From positions 1-64,000 of IMG/VR virus record IMGVR_UViG_3300042197_002762: DNA of 64,000 bases; one strand, written 5' to 3'. This DNA comes from a virus. This document shows, in pieces, positions 26,083 through 32,540 of the stretch. The translations under genes were made by a program, and so were the position numbers. The stretch's first letter is position 1; each line of letters begins with the position of its first letter. The notes under the pieces were generated by a model that was not told the origin of the DNA, ran no database searches, and worked only from the letters and a program-made list of their open reading frames with translations.

Positions 26083-26196
26083 TTTTATAGAATAAGTCTT
26101 TTTGCGTTCAAAGTCAACGGGTTTTTTCCAAAAAAAATTTTCACAAATATCCAAAATAGTATTGACAAAATAGCTAAATAGTGATAGGTTAAATAG

Positions 26197-26448
26197 ATGG
26201 ATAGAAATAGTTTACAATTAATAATTAATAATAATAAAGCATTACAAGACTTGGATAGATACTTCAAGGATAGTGGAGAATTGCATCTCATATGTGACAA
26301 AATAGGTAGGGAGCGTGACCCTGAGAACAGGGAACAGCTTATCAGTAAGATGAAGTGGAAGAATAAACAATTTGCAGAATCAATTGTCAAGTTGGCATCG
26401 ATGATAACTACACTAAAGCATAATCCACAAAGTCCTATCGCTCAATGA
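26197..26448 (+). CDS. hypothetical helical protein, the only + strand gene in the island
   Basis: 83 aa, AT-rich; TTGACA-N17-TAGGTT upstream; stop codon inside element copy 7. Confidence 0.65.
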   Translation: MDRNSLQLIINNNKALQDLDRYFKDSGELHLICDKIGRERDPENREQLISKMKWKNKQFAESIVKLASMITTLKHNPQSPIAQ

Positions 26449-26503
26449 CTTACGACGGGCGGCGGGGCGCGCCGCCGTAAGTGGTTGATGTCCAACGCTT
26501 TAC
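26427..26503. repeat. 77-bp element, copy 7 (left arm degenerate)
   Basis: ACAAAGTCCT-N7-AATGACTTAC, core, GTAAGTGGTT-N7-AACGCTTTAC. Confidence 0.88.
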
Positions 26504-26577
26504 GCCACTTCCGATTTGGGCAAAAAGTCAAACGCCCGTTTGAAGGGGCGTTGACTATGACACAACTATGACAAAGG

Positions 26578-27036
26578 TTAGTCCTCTGTCTCGCTCACCC
26601 AATCCGGCGCGCCGCCGTCGAGTTGCTGGTAGATGTGCGTTGGAGTTTTGGCGAACAGCATGAAACTTTCGCGTGGGAAAGATTCAAACTCTGCGCGTGC
26701 AGCTTGCGCGGCGTCACGGCGAAACTTTTCGCCATTCGGTTTCTTGTGAAAGCGCGGACGCGCCTTGTATTGTTCGCTCACCGGAGAGTCTTGCCAATTT
26801 GTCATAGTTTCGTATGTCATAGCGCGAAGCATATCCGCTTCCGTGGAGAGGAAGTAGGAGAAGTTATCGGAGAGTTCGTGTAAGTAGCTGCCGAGTTCAC
26901 CGATGCCAGTTGCGCCCCAGTTGAAGAAGCGGTTGAACGTGCGTTCAACTTGTTCGCGTGTTCCGTTGAGGCCGACAGCGATGCCGTTGCCGTATGCGCT
27001 GATGATGATGTTTGCTTGTTCCATTGTGTTTGTCAT
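26578..27036 (-). CDS. hypothetical protein
   Basis: 152 aa; followed by a terminator-like hairpin at ~26525-26555. Confidence 0.75.
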   Translation of the reverse strand: MTNTMEQANIIISAYGNGIAVGLNGTREQVERTFNRFFNWGATGIGELGSYLHELSDNFSYFLSTEADMLRAMTYETMTNWQDSPVSEQYKARPRFHKKPNGEKFRRDAAQAARAEFESFPRESFMLFAKTPTHIYQQLDGGAPDWVSETED

Positions 27037-27040
27037 AAAA

Positions 27041-27175
27041 TTAATTTCCGCGAGCGTCGATGTCCTGCCAGTATTTCAGTTCTTGCTCGTCGAGCCAAGC
27101 CTCAAATTCAGAGGCAAACTCGTCGCTTTGGATTTGCGTGGTGAAGTCGTCGTTGATGATGGAGTTCGCTTGCAT
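27041..27175 (-). CDS. small acidic protein (44 aa, leaderless)
   Basis: MQANSIINDDFTTQIQSDEFASEFEAWLDEQELKYWQDIDARGN; not in the ORF track; paralogue of 31568-31780. Confidence 0.75.
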   Translation of the reverse strand: MQANSIINDDFTTQIQSDEFASEFEAWLDEQELKYWQDIDARGN

Positions 27176-27278
27176 GAGAAAAGAATAGCACAGGGGCGCG
27201 AGAGTGCAACGGATTTTTTTGCATTTTTAGAAAGTATTTTTGTTGACGATTTCTCAAACGGGCGTTTGAATCCCAAAG

Positions 27279-27294
27279 TTGGCACGCTTTCTGC
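27279..27294 (+). promoter_or_regulatory. sigma54-like -24/-12 box upstream of element copy 8
   Basis: TTGGCACG-CTTT-CTGC, GG-N10-GC spacing; the GG is 26 bp before the element. Confidence 0.65.
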
Positions 27295-27306
27295 TCCTTG
27301 TTTTGC

Positions 27307-27383
27307 GTAAGTCGTTCATTTTCAAGCACTTACGCTGGCGCGGGGGGCGCGCCGCCGTAAGTCGTTGATTTACAACGCTTTAC
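27307..27383. repeat. 77-bp element, copy 8
   Basis: GTAAGTCGTT-N7-AAGCACTTAC, core, GTAAGTCGTT-N7-AACGCTTTAC. Confidence 0.95.
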
Positions 27384-27384
27384 G

Positions 27385-27540
27385 TTACCGCAATCTATCG
27401 CGCAAGTCGAGGCAACGCTCCCACGCTATGACAAACATTTTCGAGAGTGTCATAAAGCCGTGACGTTCCAATTTTTGCGCGAGGCTGAAGCAACCTTCCG
27501 ACAAGCGGAACAGATTTTTTCGTGCGATTAGGTTTGTCAT
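27385..27540 (-). CDS. hypothetical protein (51 aa)
   Basis: MTNLIARKNLFRLSEGCFSLAQKLERHGF...; start reassigned. Confidence 0.6.
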   Translation of the reverse strand: MTNLIARKNLFRLSEGCFSLAQKLERHGFMTLSKMFVIAWERCLDLRDRLR

Positions 27541-27617
27541 AGTTTTCCGTTCTGATGAATTGCAAAGGCACACGCAGCCACCACTACAAGCAGGCAGATG
27601 ATTTCCATAGGGGTTCA

Positions 27618-28301
27618 TTATACACCAACTTGCACCACGAATCCAGAAGTATCGCGGAGAGCTTTGCCCTTTGCTTTGAGTCCGACGATCACACCTTGCG
27701 GATCGAGAAAGCGTAAGTCGCTTTCGTCGCCGTTTATGACAGTCTTGCCGAGGTAGGTTTCGGGCAACTCATTAAAGACAACCGCCACGTTGCCACCAGC
27801 AGCAACAACGGCGTGGACGCGATGCTGATTGTCCTCCTTACGCGAGAAAGTAAGATGATAATTTTTCGGTAGTTCGCCATTCAAAAATTGCATCATGCGC
27901 TGAAGGTTCGGCGTGTAGTCGTAAAACTGAATTGACGGAAAACGCGCCATGTCGATGAGCATATGCCAAGGAAGGTCAGAAAGCACGTTCGGACGCACAG
28001 CAACGGGCATTTTATTTTTAACGCTCCATTTTTCTGCGTTGTGCAATTCCTTATTCATCTGTGCGAGAAACGTGTTGCGCTCGTCGATGAAAAAACGAGA
28101 CTTTGCAAGGCGAGCGTCTTGCACGTTTGAGAAAATGCCCATGCCCGAAGTGTCGAGACAAGCGGCCTCGCATCCTGCCGAGCGATGCGGACAGAATTGT
28201 TTTCCGCTTTTGCCAGCGGGAGAGAGTGACAGGCCGTAAGTGCGCCAGCCGAGTTTCTCGCCTTTTTTGATTTTGGTGTTGTTGGTGCTGAGTAGTTTCA
28301 T
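27618..28301 (-). CDS. Gp88-like conserved phage protein
   Basis: MKLLSTNNTKI, LSLSPA..SG..CP...GC.AACL, RPNVLSD, FYDYT, YHLTFS, NVAVVF, GDESDLRFLD, IVGLKAKG. Confidence 0.75.
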   Translation of the reverse strand: MKLLSTNNTKIKKGEKLGWRTYGLSLSPAGKSGKQFCPHRSAGCEAACLDTSGMGIFSNVQDARLAKSRFFIDERNTFLAQMNKELHNAEKWSVKNKMPVAVRPNVLSDLPWHMLIDMARFPSIQFYDYTPNLQRMMQFLNGELPKNYHLTFSRKEDNQHRVHAVVAAGGNVAVVFNELPETYLGKTVINGDESDLRFLDPQGVIVGLKAKGKALRDTSGFVVQVGV

Positions 28302-28326
28302 GGTGATGATTTTTGCAGATTTTAAG

Positions 28327-28566
28327 TTAGAGGGCAAGAGCTTTTTTCACCCTTGCGATGTCGCGCTTACTGTGCGTGTAGAGTTTCGCGTCGATGCTTT
28401 CCAGATTGGAGAGCAAACGATAGGCGGCGATTTTTTCGCGTGCGTTACGGCGCGCAAACTTTGAGACGATGCTGTTGCGGTCGCGCAAGCTGTTCGTGAT
28501 GTCCTTTTGAAGCGCAACACGCGCATGAATGAGGGCTTCGTAGAGTTCGCGTTTGGTGATGTTCAT
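28327..28566 (-). CDS. hypothetical basic protein
   Basis: 79 aa; TTGCAA-N17-GAAAAT-N6-ATG. Confidence 0.7.
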   Translation of the reverse strand: MNITKRELYEALIHARVALQKDITNSLRDRNSIVSKFARRNAREKIAAYRLLSNLESIDAKLYTHSKRDIARVKKALAL

Positions 28567-28604
28567 ATTTTTATTTTCTCCGATTTTGAGTTAGGTTGCA
28601 AGGA

Positions 28605-28760
28605 TTATTTTTCGAGAAGTGCCGCAAGCTGTTTGCGAAGCTTGCCCAAGTGATTGAGGAGGACAGTCGTTTGATCGTCGAGCATAGGATCGAGAAGATC
28701 CTCCGCCACTTGTTCGATTTTTGCGGTGAGGGTTTGGATTTGGATTTCTTTCTCTGTCAT
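28605..28760 (-). CDS. small helical protein (51 aa, leaderless)
   Basis: MTEKEIQIQTLTAKIEQVAEDLLDPMLDDQTTVLLNHLGKLRKQLAALLEK; not in the ORF track. Confidence 0.75.
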   Translation of the reverse strand: MTEKEIQIQTLTAKIEQVAEDLLDPMLDDQTTVLLNHLGKLRKQLAALLEK

Positions 28761-28873
28761 GCTTACAATGTATCACAGCCGCGTAAAAATGCAACGATTT
28801 TTTTTCAATTCCGTAAAAGTATTTTTGTTGACACTTTTTCAAACAGGCGTTTGAACCACTATGACATTCATTG

Positions 28874-28889
28874 TTGGCACGGTTCCTGC
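28874..28889 (+). promoter_or_regulatory. sigma54-like -24/-12 box upstream of element copy 9
   Basis: TTGGCACG-GTTC-CTGC; the GG is 26 bp before the element. Confidence 0.65.
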
Positions 28890-28901
28890 GCACTATGTTG
28901 C

Positions 28902-28978
28902 GTAAGTCGCTGATATCCAAGCACTTACGCCGCGCGGCGGGGCGCGCCGCCGTAAGTCGTTGATTATTAGTGCTTTAC
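28902..28978. repeat. 77-bp element, copy 9
   Basis: GTAAGTCGCT-N7-AAGCACTTAC, core, GTAAGTCGTT-N7-AGTGCTTTAC. Confidence 0.95.
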
Positions 28979-29110
28979 GATGTAGTCGCTGATCTGGCCG
29001 TTAGCCGCCATGCGCTCAAGCCATGTGGAAGTATTGTAGTGCCACAGGCTCATGGCGAGCAGTGAAACAGGCGTTTGAATTCCGAGCAGTTGTTTTATCC
29101 AGTTTGTCAT
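28967..29110 (-). CDS. hypothetical protein (47 aa)
   Basis: MTNWIKQLLGIQTPVSLLAMSLWHYNTSTWLERMAANGQISDYIVKH; stop codon inside element copy 9. Confidence 0.55.
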   Translation of the reverse strand: MTNWIKQLLGIQTPVSLLAMSLWHYNTSTWLERMAANGQISDYIVKH

Positions 29111-29114
29111 AGTG

Positions 29115-29300
29115 TTATGACACCGATTCTTCGTCGGTGCCGAGAATTTTTTCCATGCGCTCTTTCAGTAGCGTATAGACAAGGTGCGCGTCATGCACAG
29201 CGTCAACGCAGTCTTTCCGCATACCTTCCATGAGGAAGTCTTTTGCAAAGAAGCGAACGCCATTTGATTCAAGGGCTTTTTGTATGTTGGGCGTGATCAT
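29115..29300 (-). CDS. hypothetical protein
   Basis: 61 aa; KDCVDAVHDAHLVYTLLKER. Confidence 0.7.
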   Translation of the reverse strand: MITPNIQKALESNGVRFFAKDFLMEGMRKDCVDAVHDAHLVYTLLKERMEKILGTDEESVS

Positions 29301-29497
29301 GATTCAGAATCATCGAGGAACATTCCGTCGAAAGCAAGAGGTTTTTCCAGATGGTCAAACATGGTGTTGACATCTTTTTGCAGTTCCTTCTTTTCGTGCA
29401 AGTTGAGGCAAGCTGTCAAAAGCATTACCAGAATGAGGATGAAGGTTGAGAGAGACATTACATAGGCAATGCTGTCGAATGTGATGTATTTTTTCAT
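29297..29497 (-). CDS. small membrane protein
   Basis: MKKYITF... with one TM segment; start reassigned. Confidence 0.6.
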   Translation of the reverse strand: MKKYITFDSIAYVMSLSTFILILVMLLTACLNLHEKKELQKDVNTMFDHLEKPLAFDGMFLDDSES

Positions 29498-29501
29498 GTA
29501 A

Positions 29502-29591
29502 TTATTTTTTTCGGGAATCAGCCCAGAGGATGAGGAACGCGCAAGCGGAAGGGAAGATGCACAGGTAAAAGAGTGGAACCCAGATTGACAT
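29502..29591 (-). CDS. small membrane peptide (29 aa)
   Basis: MSIWVPLFYLCIFPSACAFLILWADSRKK; fills the gap between neighbours exactly. Confidence 0.5.
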   Translation of the reverse strand: MSIWVPLFYLCIFPSACAFLILWADSRKK

Positions 29592-29594
29592 AGT

Positions 29595-29810
29595 TTATTT
29601 ATATGATCCAACAGGGATGTTGGGCGTTGCAGAGTAGACCGCTTCCAGAAAACGACTTTCATCAAAGCGCGGATTCTGTTCGGTGAAGTATTTCGCAAAG
29701 TCCAAGGCGAGGACTTCGACAGCTTCGTATTCTCCGATGGGAGCGTGTTGTTTTTCAGCGAGACGCTTGCCCAAGATTTTTGCGATGGCCTCGAATTGTT
29801 TTTTTGTCAT
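29595..29810 (-). CDS. hypothetical phage protein (NPRFD family, leaderless)
   Basis: MTKKQFEAIA...FTEQNPRFDESRFLEA; TTGACC-N17-CACAAT-N6-ATG. Confidence 0.8.
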   Translation of the reverse strand: MTKKQFEAIAKILGKRLAEKQHAPIGEYEAVEVLALDFAKYFTEQNPRFDESRFLEAVYSATPNIPVGSYK

Positions 29811-29857
29811 GGTGTTATTGTGGTTTGTTTTGTGGTTAGGGTCAAGAGATTTTTTCA

Positions 29858-30037
29858 CTACCAGCGGTTGCGGTAGCGGTCGAGCCTTTCGGCGCGGTTC
29901 ATGCGCTCGATCTCACGCTCGTAAGCGTCAGGGTTGATCTTGTAGGCAGGATCTTCACGATCAATGCCGAGTGGGAGGTCGAGGGTTGCTTCGCGTTCTT
30001 CGTCGCGCCAGCTTCTGGTGTATCCGTTTCTGTTCAT
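29858..30037 (-). CDS. small charged protein (59 aa, leaderless)
   Basis: MNRNGYTRSWRDEEREATLDLPLGIDREDPAYKINPDAYEREIERMNRAERLDRYRNRW; not in the ORF track. Confidence 0.75.
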   Translation of the reverse strand: MNRNGYTRSWRDEEREATLDLPLGIDREDPAYKINPDAYEREIERMNRAERLDRYRNRW

Positions 30038-30163
30038 GTATACAGAATAGCACAGGGCCGCGAAAATGCAACGATTTTTTTTGCGATTGTTGAAAGTATT
30101 TTTGTTGACGTTTCGGCAAACGAGTGTTTGAAAAAAAGACTATGACAAAGAGTGTCATAATGC

Positions 30164-30240
30164 ACAAGTCACTGATATTCAAGCACTTACGCTCGCGCGC
30201 GGGGCGCGCCGTCGTAAGTCGTTGATATTCAACGCTTTAC
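30164..30240. repeat. 77-bp element, copy 10
   Basis: ACAAGTCACT-N7-AAGCACTTAC, core, GTAAGTCGTT-N7-AACGCTTTAC. Confidence 0.93.
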
Positions 30241-30392
30241 TCGTCAGACCAACCGCGAAAAAACTTCGCCTTGCGCGCGAATTTTTTCTTGACACGCATG
30301 GCGAACGAAGGCTTGCAAGTTGTCTTGCGAACACTTCGCTCTATCGCGCGCGCGAGTGGGCGCGTGTCGATTGTCATAATGATTTTGCTCAT
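30237..30392 (-). CDS. small basic protein (paralogue of 32360-32536)
   Basis: IDTRPLARAIERSV; stop codon in the right arm of element copy 10. Confidence 0.6.
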   Translation of the reverse strand: MSKIIMTIDTRPLARAIERSVRKTTCKPSFAMRVKKKFARKAKFFRGWSDE

Positions 30393-30393
30393 G

Positions 30394-30624
30394 TTAGTTG
30401 ACTCCGTAAGAAAACTTTTTGTCGCGCAGTTGCTGAACCTCACGCGCCAGAACGAGGTTCGTTCCACACAAGAGATTCAGTTTGTGCTCGTGCATGGTGA
30501 TGGTGTGCAAGGCTTGTGCCAGCAGTTCTTTCAACTGTGTCATATCAGCCTCCTGCGCCTGGATAGTTTTTTCATGCTTGATGAGAGTCTCCAGCGATTT
30601 TATGATGCCGTCTTGGTTTGTCAT
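30394..30624 (-). CDS. small coiled-coil protein
   Basis: MTNQDGIIKSLETLIKHEK...; start reassigned. Confidence 0.7.
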   Translation of the reverse strand: MTNQDGIIKSLETLIKHEKTIQAQEADMTQLKELLAQALHTITMHEHKLNLLCGTNLVLAREVQQLRDKKFSYGVN

Positions 30625-30628
30625 AGTG

Positions 30629-30790
30629 TTAGTGTTTAGGCTTGGGTTCGGGGCGAGCACACGGATCGTTGCGGTGACGCTCCTCGGCGTAGCCGAAAAG
30701 GATGTCGAACGCTTGTTCGGGTGTGAGGTTATCTTCGGGTTCGTCGAAGTTCCAGACTTCGGGCCAGCCAGTTGTGGTGTTTTCTGTCAT
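30629..30790 (-). CDS. small acidic protein (leaderless)
   Basis: TTGCCT-N17-TATACT-N6-ATG. Confidence 0.7.
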   Translation of the reverse strand: MTENTTTGWPEVWNFDEPEDNLTPEQAFDILFGYAEERHRNDPCARPEPKPKH

Positions 30791-30810
30791 ATTGAAAGTA
30801 TAGGAGATGC

Positions 30811-31014
30811 TTACTCCAAAGGCAAGCAAATTGTGGACTGGATCGCCAACCCGCACAGGTGCGAGTAGTCGTAACCTTTTTGGTCGAGAGTTTTTTTCAT
30901 CTGTTCGATGCGGCGCGTGGCCTTATTGATCGCCGTGCGAAGCGTGGCCGCTTCGATTTCGATGATGACCGGAAGCTCTCCGGTCTTGGTGAAGGTGATG
31001 ACGTATGGTTTCAT
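30811..31014 (-). CDS. hypothetical protein
   Basis: TTGACT-N16-TAAAAT-N7-ATG. Confidence 0.7.
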   Translation of the reverse strand: MKPYVITFTKTGELPVIIEIEAATLRTAINKATRRIEQMKKTLDQKGYDYSHLCGLAIQSTICLPLE

Positions 31015-31045
31015 GGTTAGAATTTTAGCAGGTTAGTGGTGAGAG

Positions 31046-31222
31046 TCAAGCGATTTTCTTGACCGCTACCTTCCAGTAGGGGAAGTAAAGCCCCAAGTAG
31101 CGAGCGGTGATTTGCACACCATCTTTGCACCAGATGGTGCGTTTGTTGTTTTGCGAGACGAAGGGGATGCCCTTCATGGCGTTGAGGACGATTTCCTTTT
31201 TGTGGGTTCCTTTTGTTATCAT
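31046..31222 (-). CDS. hypothetical protein (leaderless)
   Basis: TTGCGT-N16-TATAGT-N6-ATG. Confidence 0.7.
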   Translation of the reverse strand: MITKGTHKKEIVLNAMKGIPFVSQNNKRTIWCKDGVQITARYLGLYFPYWKVAVKKIA

Positions 31223-31335
31223 GCTTACACTATACCACAGATCGCGCAAAACGCAAGGGATTTTTTTGCGATTAGCGAAAGTATTTTTGTTGACGTTTTG
31301 TCAAACGGACGTTTGAATCACTATGACATTCATTG

Positions 31336-31351
31336 TTGGCACGGTTCATGA
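31336..31351 (+). promoter_or_regulatory. sigma54-like box upstream of element copy 11
   Basis: TTGGCACG-GTTC-ATGA; the GG is 26 bp before the element. Confidence 0.5.
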
Positions 31352-31363
31352 GCAGCATATTGC

Positions 31364-31440
31364 GTAAGTCGCTGATTATCAAGCACTTACGACGGGCGGC
31401 GGGGCGCGCCGTCGTAAGTCGTTGAATACCAAGGGTTTAT
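31364..31440. repeat. 77-bp element, copy 11
   Basis: GTAAGTCGCT-N7-AAGCACTTAC, core, GTAAGTCGTT-N7-AAGGGTTTAT. Confidence 0.95.
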
Positions 31441-31567
31441 GCAACATGGGATTTGGGCAAATTGAAACGCCCGTTTAGAACGGGCGTTTCGCTTCCTCAT
31501 CGTTTATTCCCGCGTCATGGAGACACGCATCGAAACGTTCGGAAAGTTATGACACAGCTATGACAAA

Positions 31568-31780
31568 CTAGTTGTCCCAGCCCTCCTGCTCGCCCCAATC
31601 CGCGAGGTCGTCGAGGCCCGACCCATCACCAGGCCATTGGCCCTCGCACCCATCGTAGGGTTGCGGTTCGGGTTCCTGCTCGACGGCAGGCTCTGCCGCG
31701 AACGTGCCGTGAGCCTCCTCATGCTCGCTGGCGTATTCGTCGGATTGCGGTTGCGTGTTGAAGTCGTCGGTGATGTTCAT
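31568..31780 (-). CDS. small very acidic protein (leaderless)
   Basis: MNITDDFNTQPQSDEYASEH...DDLADWGEQEGWDN; TTGCCA-N17-TATCCT-N6-ATG. Confidence 0.8.
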   Translation of the reverse strand: MNITDDFNTQPQSDEYASEHEEAHGTFAAEPAVEQEPEPQPYDGCEGQWPGDGSGLDDLADWGEQEGWDN

Positions 31781-31823
31781 AGTGTTAGGATATGATGAGT
31801 TGAGGTTAATGGCAAGAGATTTT

Positions 31824-32168
31824 TTATGCAGCCAAGGCAGGGCGCACACGGAACACAAGCTGTAGCCTTTCGGGGTGAACCTTGCCAGCGACGAAAGCCG
31901 CAAGACTATCGCTGTCAAAGTTGAAGCGCGAGAGAGGATGAGAGTTAGCCCAGCGCAATCCATCGGGCAAGCCGAGGTCGATGAGTTGCTGCACCTCTGC
32001 GTTAGAGGGCACAGAGTAGGGCGACCAGCCGAGAGTGGCGATGGTCTTGCCAGACTCGACGCTGACGAGCTCATGCCAGAGTTTAGTGCAATCGCCATCG
32101 AAGTCCTCCGAGACGACGAGCGTGCAAAGGGTTCCGTTGACGTTGAATTGTGTTTCTTTATCTTTCAT
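31824..32168 (-). CDS. hypothetical protein (leaderless)
   Basis: TTGCAT-N16-TATTCT-N6-ATG; 114 aa. Confidence 0.8.
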   Translation of the reverse strand: MKDKETQFNVNGTLCTLVVSEDFDGDCTKLWHELVSVESGKTIATLGWSPYSVPSNAEVQQLIDLGLPDGLRWANSHPLSRFNFDSDSLAAFVAGKVHPERLQLVFRVRPALAA

Positions 32169-32258
32169 GCTTATAGAATAGCACAGCGCGCGGAAAATGC
32201 AACGATTTTTTTTGCGATTGTGCAAAGTATTTTTGTTGATGAAAAAAAGTTTTGGGAG

Positions 32259-32274
32259 TTGGCACGCTTCATGA
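32259..32274 (+). promoter_or_regulatory. sigma54-like box upstream of element copy 12
   Basis: TTGGCACG-CTTC-ATGA; the GG is 26 bp before the element. Confidence 0.5.
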
Positions 32275-32286
32275 ATGTGTGTTTGC

Positions 32287-32363
32287 GTAAGTCGTTCATT
32301 ATCAAGCACTTACGTTTCGCGGCGGGGCGCGCCGGCGTAAGTCGTTGAACGACAACAACTTAC
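32287..32363. repeat. 77-bp element, copy 12
   Basis: GTAAGTCGTT-N7-AAGCACTTAC, core, GTAAGTCGTT-N7-AACAACTTAC. Confidence 0.95.
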
Positions 32364-32536
32364 AGAGAACAGATCGTGCGCCAGACAATCACCACAGCAA
32401 GGCCCACAAGTGCGCCTTCTATGACATTGATGATTGCCTTTGTCATAATGTGCTTTGTCATAGTGCGGTGAACGCTCTTGTCGATTGCTTGTGCAAGCGG
32501 CTTGGTGTCGATTGCGAGTGGTATTTTCTTTGTCAT
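32360..32536 (-). CDS. small protein with C-terminal TM segment (paralogue of 30237-30392)
   Basis: IDTKPLAQAIDKSV; stop codon in the right arm of element copy 12. Confidence 0.55.
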   Translation of the reverse strand: MTKKIPLAIDTKPLAQAIDKSVHRTMTKHIMTKAIINVIEGALVGLAVVIVWRTICSL

Positions 32537-32540
32537 AATG

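Noticed and set aside
17657-32363. 77-bp repeats as a CRISPR array
   Set aside because: The intervals are 0.9-2.5 kb of coding DNA rather than 25-45 bp spacers, and there are no cas genes in the window.
17657-32363. 77-bp repeats as integron attC sites or plain Rho-independent terminators
   Set aside because: They lack the RYYYAAC/GTTRRRY cores and there is no intI in the window. There is no U-tract, and genuine terminators lie separately upstream of several copies (17744, 20212, 22660).
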